From a bacterium (GTDB taxonomy: Bacteria; SAR324; NAC60-12), in contig OZ242383.1 in the NCBI GenBank assembly GCA_965209155.1, positions 608,001-672,000 of the forward strand: a stretch of 64,000 nt of DNA, in the 5' to 3' direction. A program made the translations under genes and the position numbers. Numbering within the stretch: position 1 is the first letter of the stretch; each line of letters begins with the position of its first letter. Under the pieces are notes generated by a model, which saw only the letters and a list, made by a program, of their open reading frames with translations, was not told the DNA's origin and did not search any database. This document shows positions 10,394-23,659 of the stretch, piece after piece.

Positions 10394-13300
10394 GTGATTT
10401 CTTTAAAAAGCTTGTTCGAACTCACCATCAATCCCAAAGATTACAATGCCGTGAGGATCAATATCGCGACCCATGACGATGTTTTATCGTGGACGAATGG
10501 GGAAGTGAAGACTTCTGAAACCATCAATTACCGGACATTCAAGCCTGAACGCGATGGCTTGTTTTGCGCCAAGATTTTTGGGCCCATTCACGATTATGAA
10601 TGCAATTGCGGCAAATACAAGCGCATGAAACACCGGGGAATCACTTGTGAAAAATGTGGAGTGGAAGTGATTCACTCCAAAGTACGGCGGGAAAGAATGG
10701 GACATATCAAGCTGGCTTCTCCTGTTTCGCATATCTGGTTTTTGAAAGGAGTGCCCAGTCGCATTGGCACTTTATTGGACATGACCTTACGAGATCTCGA
10801 ACGTGTGCTTTATTTCGACTCCTATGTCGTCCTGGAACCTGGAAGTTCCGGATTGAACGAAAAAGAACTGGTGGAAGAAGACAAATACCGGGAGTTACTC
10901 GAACAACACCCCGATCTCGAATTGGGAATGGGAGCGGAGTCCGTCAAATTGTTACTCCAACGGATCGATCCCAACCTCTTGAGTGAAACCTTGCATAAGG
11001 AATTGAGAGAATCGGGATCCGAAGCGCGTCGCAAACGCATCGTGAAACGTCTGAATATCATCAATGCCCTCAAAATGTCGGGCAATGCGCCCGATTCCAT
11101 GATTGTCGATACCCTGCCCATCTTGCCCCCGGAACTCCGCCCTCTCGTCCCCTTGGAAGGAGGCCGTTTCGCGACCAGTGATCTCAATGACCTCTACCGT
11201 CGAGTCATTCATCGGAATAACCGACTGAAACGATTGCTCGAATTGAGAGCTCCCACCATCATTATAAAAAATGAAAAAAGGATGTTGCAAGAATCGGTGG
11301 ATGCCTTATTCGACAATGGACGACGAGGTCGTCCCATCATGGGAACCAATAAAAGACCCTTGAAATCCCTCAGCGATATGCTCAAAGGGAAACAGGGCCG
11401 TTTTCGCCAGAACCTGTTGGGGAAACGGGTTGATTATTCGGGGAGAACCGTGATTGTCGTGGGACCGGAGTTGAAACTGCACCAGTGCGGATTGCCCAAG
11501 AAGATGGCCTTGGAATTGTTCAAACCTTTTATCTACCACAAACTGATTGACGGCAACGAAATTCCAACCATCAAAATGGCGAAAAAGAAACTGGAAGAAG
11601 CTTCTCCGGAAGTCTGGGCGATCCTCGAAGAGGTCATCGTCGACCATCCCGTGATGCTCAATCGCGCCCCCACCCTGCACCGTCTGGGTATTCAATCTTT
11701 TGAACCCGTGTTGATCGAAGGGAAAGCGATTCAACTGCATCCCCTGGTTTGTACGGCATTCAATGCGGATTTCGATGGCGACCAAATGGCGGTTCACGTC
11801 CCGCTTTCCGTGGAAGCGCAACTGGAAACGAAAATATTGATGATGGCCACGAATAATATTTTGTCGCCTGCCAGTGGAAAGCCGGTGATGGCACCCAACC
11901 AGGATATGGTGCTGGGGCTGTACTGGATCACCCGTGAACACGAGGGGGTTCAAGGGGAAGGTATGATTTTCTCCAACCCGGACGAAGTGCGCATGGCTTT
12001 TGAACACAAGAAGGTCGATTTGCAGGCGAAAATCAAAGTACGTTTCAATGACCGGATTTTCGATACGACGGTCGGACGGGTTCTTCTGGCCTCCGTGATT
12101 CCCAAGGAAGTTCCCTTCGACTTGATCAACCAGCACTTGAATAAAAAACAATTGGGTGAGCTTGTTGATATTTCCTACCGGCAAGCAGGCAGCGTCAAAA
12201 CCGTTCAAATGCTGGATTCCTTGAAAAACCTGGGATACGCCTATGCCACCAATGCGGGATTTTCCATTGGAATGCAAGACATGGTCATCCCGCCCTTGAA
12301 AGGAAGATTGCTTGAGGAAGCCCAGCAAAAAGTCAATAAAATCAATTCGCAATATCAAGATGGATTGATTACCGACGGAGAGAGATACAACCAGGTGATC
12401 GACATATGGGCACGGGTTACGGAAAAAATTGCCGAGGAGATGTTAAAAGGATTGACGGAGGAAATCGTAGACCTGGATGGGACCCCAAAAGTCAATTCCA
12501 TCTACATGATGGCCGATTCCGGGGCACGGGGAAGCGCCCAGCAAATGAAGCAATTGGCAGGCATGCGCGGGCTCATGGCCAAACCTTCCGGAGAAATTAT
12601 CGAGAATCCCATTACCGCCAATTTCCGGGAAGGATTGGACGTCTTGCAGTACTTCATCTCCACGCATGGTGCTCGCAAAGGTTTGGCCGACACTGCGCTC
12701 AAAACCGCTAACTCGGGATACCTCACCCGTCGCTTGGTGGATGTGGCGCAGGACTGCGTGGTGATGGAAGAAGATTGTGGTTCTCTGGATGGAATCGATA
12801 TCACCGCCCTCATTGAATCAGGGGAAATCATTGAACCGCTCTCGGAACGGATCCTGGGACGAATCGTCCTGGAGGACGTGATGGACCCTGACGATGAAAC
12901 CCGCTTCCTGGTGCAAGCCGGTCAGGAAGTCACGGAAGACATCGTGGATAAAATCGATAAGGCCGGTATTGAAAAATTGAAAATCCGCTCCGTCTTGACG
13001 TGCATGACGGAACGCGGCATTTGTCGAAAATGCTACGGACGTGACCTGGCACGTGGGAGTGTGATCAATATCGGGGAATCCGTGGGTGTGATTGCCGCCC
13101 AAAGTATCGGAGAGCCGGGGACCCAACTGACTATGCGTACTTTCCATATTGGGGGAACGGCCAGTCGACGGGCTGAGCAAAACACCTGGGATGCCAGGTT
13201 CAGTGGAATTTTACGTCTCAAAGATTTGAAGGAAGTCAAGAATGAGGGAGGCTTTTGGACCGTCTTGGGAAGACGCGGGGAAGCTGCTATCGTCGACGAA

Positions 13301-14524
13301 AACGGGAGGGAAAAAGAAAGACATCCCCTTCCCTTGGGCGCCATCATTAAACTTGAAAATGGTGCCCGAGTCGCTCAAGGAGATCAAATTGCCGAATGGG
13401 ATCCCTTCTCCGTCCCCATCCTGACCGACGTTTCGGGATCTATTCGTTTCAATGACATCATTGAAGGACAAACGGTCAGGGAACAAGTGGATGAAGCCAC
13501 CGGTTTGGCGCGGCAAGTCATCCTGGCCTCTCCGGATCCCGACATGCATCCCCAGGTTTCGGTCCGTGATGGCGGAGGACTCGTATTAAAAAACACGAAT
13601 GGCGGTCCTGCCGTTTTCTCCCTTCCTGTCAAAGCCGAGTTGGTGGTGGAAGATGGTCAGGAAGTCCATGCTGGTGATATTCTCGCCAAGATTCCCAGAG
13701 AACTGGCGAAAAACAAAGACATCACGGGGGGTTTGCCTCGCGTGGCGGAATTGTTCGAAGCGCGTATCCCCAAGGATCAAGCCATTATCAGCGAAATTGA
13801 CGGAATCGTCAATTTTGGCAAAGACGTTAAAAAGAAACAAAAAATCATCATTCAACCCGAAGACGAGAAAGGCGAATCCAAGGAATATCTGATTCCTCGT
13901 GGTAAGCATATCACGGTTCATGAAGGCGAATACGTGCGTGCAGGGGACCCCTTGATCGATGGTTCTCCCAACCCGCATGATATTCTTGCCGTTAAAGGAA
14001 TCAAGGAACTGCAAAAATATTTGGTTGATGAAGTTCAAGAAGTGTATCGTCTGCAGGGAGTCGGAATCAACGACAAACACATTGAAGTGATTGTGCGTCA
14101 AATGCTCAAGCAGGTTTTTATTCAGGATTCGGGAGATTCGACCTTCCTGATAGGCGAAGTGGTTTCGCGAAGCAAGTTCAACCAGGAGAATCAGGAATTG
14201 ATCGATAAAGGGCTGAAACCGGCGCGTTCGAGACCGGTCCTTTTGGGAATCACCCGAGCCGCGCTGAGCACCGACTCTTTCATTTCCGCAGCATCTTTTC
14301 AGGAAACGACGAAAGTGCTCACCGATACGGCCTTGGGAGGAAAGTATGATACTTTTCGCGGGTTGAAGGAAAACGTGATCCTGGGCAGGTTGATCCCGGC
14401 AGGCACAGGTTATTCCGGATTTAAAAATGTGTCCTACCGGCATATCCCTGAAATCATAATCTCTCACAGACCATCCGGAACTCCGCATACTCCGGAACCC
14501 TCGGAAGAATTTGCGGAAATTTGA
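10394..14524 (+). CDS. rpoC: RNA polymerase beta' subunit
   Basis: [12 protein letters not shown] catalytic motif, N-terminal Zn ribbon, [21 protein letters not shown] before GTG. Confidence 0.99.
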   Translation: MISLKSLFELTINPKDYNAVRINIATHDDVLSWTNGEVKTSETINYRTFKPERDGLFCAKIFGPIHDYECNCGKYKRMKHRGITCEKCGVEVIHSKVRRERMGHIKLASPVSHIWFLKGVPSRIGTLLDMTLRDLERVLYFDSYVVLEPGSSGLNEKELVEEDKYRELLEQHPDLELGMGAESVKLLLQRIDPNLLSETLHKELRESGSEARRKRIVKRLNIINALKMSGNAPDSMIVDTLPILPPELRPLVPLEGGRFATSDLNDLYRRVIHRNNRLKRLLELRAPTIIIKNEKRMLQESVDALFDNGRRGRPIMGTNKRPLKSLSDMLKGKQGRFRQNLLGKRVDYSGRTVIVVGPELKLHQCGLPKKMALELFKPFIYHKLIDGNEIPTIKMAKKKLEEASPEVWAILEEVIVDHPVMLNRAPTLHRLGIQSFEPVLIEGKAIQLHPLVCTAFNADFDGDQMAVHVPLSVEAQLETKILMMATNNILSPASGKPVMAPNQDMVLGLYWITREHEGVQGEGMIFSNPDEVRMAFEHKKVDLQAKIKVRFNDRIFDTTVGRVLLASVIPKEVPFDLINQHLNKKQLGELVDISYRQAGSVKTVQMLDSLKNLGYAYATNAGFSIGMQDMVIPPLKGRLLEEAQQKVNKINSQYQDGLITDGERYNQVIDIWARVTEKIAEEMLKGLTEEIVDLDGTPKVNSIYMMADSGARGSAQQMKQLAGMRGLMAKPSGEIIENPITANFREGLDVLQYFISTHGARKGLADTALKTANSGYLTRRLVDVAQDCVVMEEDCGSLDGIDITALIESGEIIEPLSERILGRIVLEDVMDPDDETRFLVQAGQEVTEDIVDKIDKAGIEKLKIRSVLTCMTERGICRKCYGRDLARGSVINIGESVGVIAAQSIGEPGTQLTMRTFHIGGTASRRAEQNTWDARFSGILRLKDLKEVKNEGGFWTVLGRRGEAAIVDENGREKERHPLPLGAIIKLENGARVAQGDQIAEWDPFSVPILTDVSGSIRFNDIIEGQTVREQVDEATGLARQVILASPDPDMHPQVSVRDGGGLVLKNTNGGPAVFSLPVKAELVVEDGQEVHAGDILAKIPRELAKNKDITGGLPRVAELFEARIPKDQAIISEIDGIVNFGKDVKKKQKIIIQPEDEKGESKEYLIPRGKHITVHEGEYVRAGDPLIDGSPNPHDILAVKGIKELQKYLVDEVQEVYRLQGVGINDKHIEVIVRQMLKQVFIQDSGDSTFLIGEVVSRSKFNQENQELIDKGLKPARSRPVLLGITRAALSTDSFISAASFQETTKVLTDTALGGKYDTFRGLKENVILGRLIPAGTGYSGFKNVSYRHIPEIIISHRPSGTPHTPEPSEEFAEI

Positions 14525-14587
14525 TCAAGACTTCCCGTCGAATCCATCACGACGCCGTGATGGGGGTTGCTCTCGGAATTCCGGCAG

Positions 14588-16036
14588 TCACCGGCTTGGT
14601 GATTCGTCATGGAACTGTTCTAAAAAACGAAGCAGTCGACATCGCTCGCAGCCCTGGTCGAAGCTCTGGCAAAAATCCTGGTGGATCTGCAGCAGGCCCT
14701 GTTGAATGCGAAGGGTCTTTTGTTTCAAAGCAACTCGAGGAAAAGGCAGAAGGCGTTTTTCCATAAAACGTATACGTCGGTTGGTAGATTCCGGGGGCAG
14801 GACAATGAAGAGACGGTAGAGGAGTTTTTCCAGGGCAAGCCATTTCTCGTGACGGGCGTATGCCAGGAAAAAAGGAATGATCGCATTGGCCCAGGTAATC
14901 AGTTGTCGATCCTTTCCGATCAGTTGAGCACCGGAAGTATTTCGGGTATCCGGCATACCCAGGAAGGATTGCCAGGTTTCCCAGTCAGGAGTCGCAAACA
15001 CATGCTGGGTGTGCCACAGGGTCTGTTCTTTCAGCGATTTTTCTGTCGAGATCGATTCCAGCTCCGTTAAGATTGTTAACCAGCCTTTCAACAATCCTTG
15101 TGAACTCAAGTGACGGAGGTGGTGAAACATTCCAATCAAACGCCGCTCGGGTGCATTTTGCGGGCGTGACGTCATAGCGAACTTCCCGGCGATTTTTTGC
15201 TTCACGCTTTGATTTTGCCATCTTTCTCGCCACTGGTGGTACTCTTTCCTGAGCGTCGCATGAACAAAGCGAGGAGTCTCCCTCGAAAACAGGTCACAGG
15301 CTCCAAACCACCGGGACAGAATTTCCGTTCTTGCCACGCGATAGGGTTGTTGGAGCAGGGGATAAAGCAACGAAATCGGGAACAATTGAGCCAATTCTTC
15401 AAAGGAGTGGGAGTGAGCGCTGTAGCCCAGGGATTTGAATATCAATTGGAATAGCAGTTGCTCCGGATCATGTCCTTCCCATTGCTCCGCAATTCGATCC
15501 ACTTTACGCTGCATCCTGTTTTCTGCCGCATGTGCCAACAACTGCTCCAGCGGTGAGGCGCCCCATTCCACCACCATCATCCCGCATCGTCCTGGTAAAT
15601 GGTCGTAACGATTCAGCAATTCGCTTTCGTCGCCCAGCATGGTCAGTACGTTCTTATTTAAGCGGGGACGGAGTTCCAATGCAGGAACTGCCATTCCATC
15701 TTCTCTTTCAATGGGGTGAATCGTGTTCTGGTCGAGCACGATATGGAGAATCACGGAATTGTATGCGGGGTTATGCTGGTGTTTGTGATGGTGCCAGGCT
15801 GAAGACTGCAAATGCACCTCCACGGTACCATGTAAAATGACATCGCCAATCACAATTTGCGCATCGTGGAAGTCCGGCCCGATTCCCTTGTTGAGCCACC
15901 CCGGAAAGCGAATTTCAATCTTTTCTCCACCCGTACTTTGAAGATTTTTTTTGTCGAAGATTTGATGCGCCCAAATCGCTTGCAGCCAACTTTCCCTTTG
16001 ATGCGCAATCTCTTGAATGTGGGTAGATTTGCTCAT
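14588..16036 (-). CDS. DUF2851 family protein
   Basis: E..LQAIW, PGWLN..GPDF, GTVEVH..SSAW..HKH..NPAYNSVILHIV; C-terminal QQGLLQIH..FC...CERC. Confidence 0.8.
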   Translation of the reverse strand: MSKSTHIQEIAHQRESWLQAIWAHQIFDKKNLQSTGGEKIEIRFPGWLNKGIGPDFHDAQIVIGDVILHGTVEVHLQSSAWHHHKHQHNPAYNSVILHIVLDQNTIHPIEREDGMAVPALELRPRLNKNVLTMLGDESELLNRYDHLPGRCGMMVVEWGASPLEQLLAHAAENRMQRKVDRIAEQWEGHDPEQLLFQLIFKSLGYSAHSHSFEELAQLFPISLLYPLLQQPYRVARTEILSRWFGACDLFSRETPRFVHATLRKEYHQWRERWQNQSVKQKIAGKFAMTSRPQNAPERRLIGMFHHLRHLSSQGLLKGWLTILTELESISTEKSLKEQTLWHTQHVFATPDWETWQSFLGMPDTRNTSGAQLIGKDRQLITWANAIIPFFLAYARHEKWLALEKLLYRLFIVLPPESTNRRIRFMEKRLLPFPRVALKQKTLRIQQGLLQIHQDFCQSFDQGCERCRLLRFLEQFHDESPSR

Positions 16037-16336
16037 CGACTTCGCCTTTCACTTCAGTACGAAACTTTTTTGCCGTTCTTTCAGAACTGATATCATGTTT
16101 TTCCTAATCCGTCCATTGCATCACAATCGAACAGGCGCTGTCAATGGCACTTTATTTCAAATCGGGTCTCTTGGAAATCCATTCAATATTCACTTGTCTG
16201 TTCATTCCGCTCTGATTATATTACCATTCACTTTCAATTCCCCTTTTGTCTCTTTCCAGGGAGAAATTCCGGAGCAAATATGCTAAACAGGACATGAGTT
16301 TCAAACTGAAAAATACCGTCGCCCTATTCACCCGCA

Positions 16337-16777
16337 ATGGACAACCTACTGACTAAAGAAGATCAAGATTTTATAAATTCGATTTACCAGGATCTCAAAG
16401 AATTTGTTGAATCGGATGAAGAAATGCTGGAATTCCAACCGATGAATTCCTATCAAAGGAGGCTCGTGCACAAGCTGGTCGCCAATTTCCGGCTCAAGAG
16501 CCATTCGGTTGGCGAAGAAGAGCGCTTCGTTTGCGTCGTGAGAACGGATGACAGCCTCGTTCCCGCAATGGAGATTGATCCTTCACAACCTGTGTATGAT
16601 TACGGGATGCAAACTTATTTTACCGCACCCGTTACGCGGATCGTATTGCGTTCTGATGGCAGTTTCGGGATTCCTTTGAAATCGGAGCGATTCGCGCTAT
16701 TGGATGAACGAGTGGTCGAGCGAGCTTTTCGCATTCGAAAAAATAAAATCGTCTGTCATGGCGAAAAAGGGTGGTAG
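16337..16777 (+). CDS. R3H domain single-stranded nucleic acid-binding protein
   Basis: PMNSYQRRLVHKLV...LKSHSVGEEERFV, an R-x3-H motif. Confidence 0.8.
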   Translation: MDNLLTKEDQDFINSIYQDLKEFVESDEEMLEFQPMNSYQRRLVHKLVANFRLKSHSVGEEERFVCVVRTDDSLVPAMEIDPSQPVYDYGMQTYFTAPVTRIVLRSDGSFGIPLKSERFALLDERVVERAFRIRKNKIVCHGEKGW

Positions 16778-16813
16778 CGTCTATCCCTCTGGTGCCGCTT
16801 CCGTTCAAGAAAT

Positions 16814-17761
16814 ATGGCCTTACTGAAAGTCGAAAATCTCTACAAACACTTTCCCATCCATAGCGGGGTCCTTCTACGTGAAAGAAGTCGGGCATCGGTT
16901 TTGAATGGTATTTCTTTTGAATTGGAATCGAGTGAAATTCTGGGAATCGTTGGTGAATCGGGATGTGGTAAATCCACCTTGGCCCGTTTGATAATGAGGA
17001 TTTATGAACCGTCTGCAGGCCATGTGGAACTCGATGGGACCGCCATCTGTTCTTATCCCCGTCAATCGTACTACCATCGCGTTCAAATGATCTTCCAGGA
17101 CCCTTTTTCCTCGCTGAATCCCAAAATGACCGTCGCGGCGCATCTCGGTGAAATGATCCGGATGCACCAGCCTTCCCAAGATGTCACCACGGTTTGTAAA
17201 AGATTGCTCGATGAAGTCGGCTTACCCCAAAGCGCGTTGAAAAAGTATCCTCATGAGTTCAGTGGGGGGCAACGTCAACGGATCGCCATCGCCCGCGCTT
17301 TGAGCGCGAACCCCACTTTGTTGATTGCCGATGAGCCGGTTTCGGCATTGGATGTTTCCATTCAAGCCCAAATTCTCAACTTGTTGAAAGATCTTCAAGA
17401 GCAACATCAATTGAGCCTCCTCTTTATATCTCATGATTTAAAAATCGTTGATTTTTTTTGTGGTCGCATCCTCGTCATGTACCTGGGAAAAATTGTTGAA
17501 GAGTTACAGGAAAAATCACTAAGCACCCAGGCTCAGCATCCATACACTCATGCCTTGTTGCAAAGTATGCCCACCCTTGCGAAAAAAGCGACGGGACTAC
17601 AAGTTCTACCCGGAGAAATTCCTTCCCCCCTGAACTTGCCCGAAGGGTGCGGATTTTATTCCCGTTGCCACCGCAGGCACGGCATATGTGAACAACATGC
17701 TCCGCATCTCCTTGAAAATTTTCCACACCATAAAGTGGCCTGTTGGGATGTCAATCCATAG
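16814..17761 (+). CDS. Oligopeptide/dipeptide ABC transporter ATP-binding subunit (OppF/DppF-like)
   Basis: GESGCGKST, FSGGQRQR, ADEPVSALDVSIQAQ, C-terminal HPYT domain with Cys cluster. Confidence 0.92.
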   Translation: MALLKVENLYKHFPIHSGVLLRERSRASVLNGISFELESSEILGIVGESGCGKSTLARLIMRIYEPSAGHVELDGTAICSYPRQSYYHRVQMIFQDPFSSLNPKMTVAAHLGEMIRMHQPSQDVTTVCKRLLDEVGLPQSALKKYPHEFSGGQRQRIAIARALSANPTLLIADEPVSALDVSIQAQILNLLKDLQEQHQLSLLFISHDLKIVDFFCGRILVMYLGKIVEELQEKSLSTQAQHPYTHALLQSMPTLAKKATGLQVLPGEIPSPLNLPEGCGFYSRCHRRHGICEQHAPHLLENFPHHKVACWDVNP

Positions 17762-17783
17762 CACGAAATGAAGTTACAGAACT

Positions 17784-17812
17784 TTGACTAAAATTGAGAT
17801 TTCCTGTAAATC
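17784..17812 (+). promoter_or_regulatory. Putative sigma70 promoter for glcDEF
   Basis: TTGACT-17 bp-TAAATC, about 50 bp upstream of glcD. Confidence 0.35.
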
Positions 17813-17861
17813 TTATTTCAAATTCAAAGAACATCCATTTCTACAATGAGGAAAAGAGAAA

Positions 17862-19298
17862 ATGGCATTTGATCCAAAGATAAAAAATGAGTTGATCGGG
17901 ATTGTAGGCGCGCAATGGGTCAAGGACGATCCCGTCACGTTATACACTTATAAATCAGACGCGTTGACCCTCTACTCCGGAATGCCGATGGGAGTAGTTT
18001 TCCCGGAAAATCGGGACGAATTGGTGGCAATTGTAAAGTTACTGCATAGCCATCGTATTACTTTTTTACCACGAGGAGCCGGGACCGGATTGTCGGGTGG
18101 CGCTATCCCCAAAGAAGAAAGCGTGATCCTGGAAATGTTCCGCTTTCGTCGAATTCATGAAATCGATTTTCTCAATCGCTCCATTTCCGTGGGCCCCGGG
18201 GTGGTCAACCTGAAAATCTCGGAACAGGTCAAACCAAACGGATATTATTACGTTCCTGATCCTTCTTCTCAGAAAGCATGTACGGTTGGGGGCAATGTCG
18301 CGGAAAATTCAGGAGGACCGCATACCCTCAAGTACGGAGTGACCGTCAACCATGTTTTAGGCATCGAGGCGGTTCTTCCCGATGGAGCCGTAGTCGAATT
18401 GGGCGGAAAACACTGGGGTTCTCCTGGACCTGACCTCTTGGGATTATTTATTGGGTCGGAAGGAACTTTCGGAGTGGTGACCAAGGTCATTTGCCGTCTG
18501 ACGCCAATTCCTGAAAAAGTGATAACTTTCCTTGGTGTTTTTCCTTCAATCCGGGACGCTTGTCAAGCCGTGTCCAGCACAATACGACAAGGTATCATTC
18601 CGGCAGCCATGGAGTTGATTGATAACGTGATCATCCAGGCAGTTGAAAAATCGATCGCTCCCGGTTTCCCACTCGATGCGGAAGCCGTACTCCTGGTGGA
18701 ATTGGAGGATCTGAAAGAAGGAATAGAAGAAGAAGCATTCCGCGTCGCAAAAATCCTCCAGGACCACAATGCTACCGATGTGCGACGGGCGCAAAGTCAG
18801 GAAGAACGAGCTTTGATCTGGAAAGCAAGAAAAGAGGCATTTGGCGCGATCGGCAACCTTTGCCCGAGCTACTACGTGCAAGATGGCGTCATTCCCCGCA
18901 GTTCACTGCCTGAAGTATTGGAACGCGTATTAGCCATTGGTAAAAAATACAACTTGACCATCGCCAATGTCTTTCATGCAGGCGACGGCAATCTACACCC
19001 TCTCATTTTGTACAATTACAAGGATCCGCAAGATATCCGGAATGCGGATAAAGCGGGGCAGGAAATTCTGAGCATCTGCGCTTCAGTGGGAGGATCTTTA
19101 TCGGGAGAACATGGCATTGGATTGGAAAAAATAGACCTGATGTCCCATATTTTTTCAGAAACCGACTTGAACAACATGACCTGGATTCGTTCCTTTTTCA
19201 ACCCGGACAACCTCCTCAACCCCGGCAAAATTTTTCCCACGCCTGGTAAATGCATGGAGACCAAATTCGTTCAAAGTAAAAGTGGAGTTCACGTGTGA
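17862..19298 (+). CDS. glcD: Glycolate oxidase FAD-linked subunit GlcD
   Basis: PRGAGTGLSGGA, PDPSSQKACTVGGNVAENSGG, HAGDGNLHP, LSGEHGIG. Confidence 0.9.
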   Translation: MAFDPKIKNELIGIVGAQWVKDDPVTLYTYKSDALTLYSGMPMGVVFPENRDELVAIVKLLHSHRITFLPRGAGTGLSGGAIPKEESVILEMFRFRRIHEIDFLNRSISVGPGVVNLKISEQVKPNGYYYVPDPSSQKACTVGGNVAENSGGPHTLKYGVTVNHVLGIEAVLPDGAVVELGGKHWGSPGPDLLGLFIGSEGTFGVVTKVICRLTPIPEKVITFLGVFPSIRDACQAVSSTIRQGIIPAAMELIDNVIIQAVEKSIAPGFPLDAEAVLLVELEDLKEGIEEEAFRVAKILQDHNATDVRRAQSQEERALIWKARKEAFGAIGNLCPSYYVQDGVIPRSSLPEVLERVLAIGKKYNLTIANVFHAGDGNLHPLILYNYKDPQDIRNADKAGQEILSICASVGGSLSGEHGIGLEKIDLMSHIFSETDLNNMTWIRSFFNPDNLLNPGKIFPTPGKCMETKFVQSKSGVHV

Positions 19299-20482
19299 GC
19301 CGGAGTCGTATCTATTCTCCTCGAAAAACAGCCACGCTGCAAGCCTGGGTCAACGTGCGCATCCAACAAAATCAGCCCTTTGCGATTCGAGGCGCCAATT
19401 CGAGGAATTCGGAGAACGGCCTAGACGTCTTGTCCACCCGGAATCTCAAGGATATTCTTTTTTTTGATCCGGATGATATGGTGATTGGCGTCCAAGCGGG
19501 GGTGCGCGCCAGGGACTTGCAAATCCGTATCCATCAAAAAAAAATGTTTCTCCCCTTCAACCCCTGGTATCCGGATTCTACGATAGGCAGCGTCGTCGCC
19601 TGCAATGATTATGGCGCCAACCGGATGAATGGTGGAGGGTTGCGAGATTCCATAATCGGCATTGAATACCTCAACGGCAAAGGCGAGTTGGTGAAAGCGG
19701 GGGGACGGGTCGTGAAAAATGTAACCGGTTATGATCTCAGCAGGATGATGCTTGGCAGTCGAGGAGGGTTGGGCGTGATCACGGCCGTCAATTTCAAAAT
19801 TCTCCCTCAACCACCCGCTGCTTCGGTGCTCTACTGCAGCTTCAGAAATGACCAATGGCTGCAAAAAGTCAAAGTTCTCCAGGAGCGAATGATCCCCGTG
19901 GATTGGATTGAATCCGTCAGCACCAAATCGGCGGGTTGGGTGATCGGAATAGGATTTTCGGGAATCAGCGAACGTCAAAATCGCATTGCCAGGGACTTAC
20001 GCGCTATTTTTTCTGAAGATTGCCAGGTGGTTCCGGAAGGGAAAATAACGAAACGTTACTCGATCGTGCCTGGCCAAAAACGCTTTTTTGGCTTTCTTCC
20101 GGATTTGTTGAGACCTTTGAATCTTGGAAAGCATTATCTCCACCTGCATTGCGTGGCGTCCACTGCGGAAATGCTGGTCCAAGTCAATTTTCAGGAATTC
20201 CTCTCACAAGGAGCTTGTGCGGTGGTTCATCCCATCGGAGGTGATTTTCATTTGATTCAACCTCGAGAATCGGTCGATGCGCAGAAAACAATGGTCGACT
20301 CTTTGAAAAATCAACTGAAAAATTCAGAGGGTACCCTCTCTTTGATCCGCTCTGCTCCGGGGTTGACTACGAAGGACCTGGAAAGGTTTGCGATTCCGAA
20401 TGCGTACGCTCTGATGAAATCCTTGAAACGGCAATTGGACCCTGCCACCGTTTTTCATGCGCCTTTTTACGAACTCGACTGA
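19295..20482 (+). CDS. glcE: Glycolate oxidase FAD-binding subunit GlcE
   Basis: GGRVVKNVTGYDLSR motif; overlaps the glcD stop; lies between glcD and glcF. Confidence 0.85.
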   Translation: MSRSRIYSPRKTATLQAWVNVRIQQNQPFAIRGANSRNSENGLDVLSTRNLKDILFFDPDDMVIGVQAGVRARDLQIRIHQKKMFLPFNPWYPDSTIGSVVACNDYGANRMNGGGLRDSIIGIEYLNGKGELVKAGGRVVKNVTGYDLSRMMLGSRGGLGVITAVNFKILPQPPAASVLYCSFRNDQWLQKVKVLQERMIPVDWIESVSTKSAGWVIGIGFSGISERQNRIARDLRAIFSEDCQVVPEGKITKRYSIVPGQKRFFGFLPDLLRPLNLGKHYLHLHCVASTAEMLVQVNFQEFLSQGACAVVHPIGGDFHLIQPRESVDAQKTMVDSLKNQLKNSEGTLSLIRSAPGLTTKDLERFAIPNAYALMKSLKRQLDPATVFHAPFYELD

Positions 20483-20493
20483 AGAATATAGTC

Positions 20494-21849
20494 ATGAGCG
20501 ACCTGCATCTACCGGACCAGAATAACAATTCATTCTTATTTGAAAATGTGGATTTTGAAGGAATCCTTTCATGCGTGCATTGCGGTTTGTGCCTGGACGT
20601 CTGCCCGACCTACCGGGAACTGGGAATGGAACAGGATTCTCCTCGGGGAAGACTTTTCCTCATGCGTGGGCTCTGGCAAAATGAACTTGAATTGAGTGAG
20701 GACGTCATCGCTCCATTAAACCGCTGTCTCGATTGTCGGGCCTGTGAAAGCGCTTGTCCTTCCAATGTGCATTATGGGGAACTGCTGGAAAAAACGCGAG
20801 GGGTGATTCAGCAGAACGTACCACAAAGTTATAAAGAGCGGTTTCTGCGCAAAGTCTTTTTAAAACGTCTTTTGATTTCGACGAATTTGTTGCGATGGGT
20901 CAGTATTGTCATGAAAATTTACATCGCTTTGAAAATTCCTCAACTGGTCACTCGTACTTTTCTCAAAAGACTGCTTCCCCGGCGTGTCGTCGCCGGACAG
21001 GACATGTTGCCACGCTTTTCCGGCAGTTCCTTTAAAAGGAAATATGCCGCGAAAGGCCCCCTGTCACCCAGCCATCGTCAGAAAGCGCGCTTCCAGGTCG
21101 GATTTTTTACGGGATGCGTCATGGACGTCTCCGAGGTATCCACGCATGAATCCAGTCTGAAATTACTGCGAGCAGCAGGCTCTGAAGTGGTTGTCCCTAA
21201 AGAACAAACCTGCTGTGGCGCGTTGCATGTTCACAGTGGTGACCGCGAGACAGCCCGTGAGCTGGCCAGACGAAATCTTTCTGTTTTCGCCAGTCAGCCT
21301 TGGGATGCGATCATCGTCAATGCGGCGGGATGCGGGGCTCAATTGAAAGAATATCATCACCTGTTTTCAAAAAATGAAGCGATTGCTCAAGAAGGATTGC
21401 CAGCATTTCAAAGCAAGACGATTGATATCCTCGAATTTTTATCTCAGCTCCCCGATTTTGTAACAAACCTTCCCTGGAAACGAGAAGAAGAAGTGGTTCT
21501 TTATGATGCGCCCTGCCATTTGAAATATGCTCAAGGGGTTGATAAGAATCCTCAAAAATTAATGAACCGTCTTCCCGGGGTCACCCTGGTTCCGCTCAGT
21601 GAATCCGACTGGTGCTGCGGTTCTGCGGGAATCTATAATTTAGTACAACCGGATTTGGCCAATGCGGTTCTTTCCAAAAAACTGGATTCCGTGGCAGAAA
21701 CCCTCGCTCGTTTTCCGGAGGCGCGTACGCTGGTCTCCGGGAATCCGGGATGTCTTTTCCAGATCCGGGCTGGTATACAGTCCCGGAATTATCCCTTGCG
21801 GGTGATCCATCCTGCCGTCTTTATGGCAGAAAGGCTTTTGGAAAAATAG
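20494..21849 (+). CDS. glcF: Glycolate oxidase iron-sulfur subunit GlcF
   Basis: CVHCGLCLDVCP and CLDCRACESACP 4Fe-4S motifs, two CCG domains. Confidence 0.9.
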   Translation: MSDLHLPDQNNNSFLFENVDFEGILSCVHCGLCLDVCPTYRELGMEQDSPRGRLFLMRGLWQNELELSEDVIAPLNRCLDCRACESACPSNVHYGELLEKTRGVIQQNVPQSYKERFLRKVFLKRLLISTNLLRWVSIVMKIYIALKIPQLVTRTFLKRLLPRRVVAGQDMLPRFSGSSFKRKYAAKGPLSPSHRQKARFQVGFFTGCVMDVSEVSTHESSLKLLRAAGSEVVVPKEQTCCGALHVHSGDRETARELARRNLSVFASQPWDAIIVNAAGCGAQLKEYHHLFSKNEAIAQEGLPAFQSKTIDILEFLSQLPDFVTNLPWKREEEVVLYDAPCHLKYAQGVDKNPQKLMNRLPGVTLVPLSESDWCCGSAGIYNLVQPDLANAVLSKKLDSVAETLARFPEARTLVSGNPGCLFQIRAGIQSRNYPLRVIHPAVFMAERLLEK

Positions 21850-22002
21850 TTCAAGAAGACGTAATCCTGGCTCATCCACCAAAGAAACACGTATTTTATG
21901 AATAAAGTCCGGAAATCTTGATCAGTCCAATCATCTGAATGAAGAAATCGCTATGCATCGCTGATGTATCTGTCTCTTGCAAGCCTCTTTATTTTTAAGT
22001 AG

Positions 22003-23161
<1,159 letters not shown>

Positions 23162-23163
23162 AG

Positions 23164-23404
23164 AACCTGAGTTCGAGATAAGCATTTAATCAATTCAATA
23201 TGTAAAGGAATCTTCATATCTCAGAGAATCCTTGTCATTCTTGGCTTGACCAGGAATCCAGAGGTAGGCAGCCAGAAAGAAATCTGGATCTCCGCTCCCC
23301 GCTCCCCGCTTTCGCGGGGACAAGTTTAGCGGGAACAAATTTAGTGAGGATGACCTATACACCACAATATTCCTATTATTGAAGATTTCTGTCGAACTCA
23401 GGTT
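23164..23404 (+). mobile_element. MITE family A, full copy (241 bp) with internal REP pair
   Basis: TIRs AACCTGAGTTCGAGA / TGTCGAACTCAGGTT; 4-bp TSD AAAG at 23160-23163 and 23405-23408. Confidence 0.85.
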
Positions 23405-23507
23405 AAAGATGGTTTTAATCCGGAATATTCAAGCCGGAGTAGCAAATTCGGTGACAGGATCTCCCAAAATTCGCGTGCGAACTTTTTGACGATCTCGATT
23501 TTAAGGC

Positions 23508-23537
23508 TTGACACGCCGGATTTATGGATGCTATCGT
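23508..23537 (+). promoter_or_regulatory. Putative promoter for the LLM gene
   Basis: TTGACA, 18 bp spacer, extended -10 TGcTATCGT. Confidence 0.35.
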
Positions 23538-23659
23538 TTCGAGAATTATTTTTAATCCTGCGCAGTCGAGGGGATCACCAAGGTTGAATAACCGGTTACC
23601 TGCGGCGCATACAGGTTTGTACCAACTCTTATTGGGGCGATGGGAAGGAGATTTATACC

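Noticed and set aside
7344..14488. Long antisense ORFs within rpoB/rpoC (417, 350 and 300 aa)
   Set aside because: Codon-bias shadows of conserved genes
23555..23640. Riboswitch upstream of the LLM gene
   Set aside because: Some pairing potential, but no aptamer consensus I can recognise
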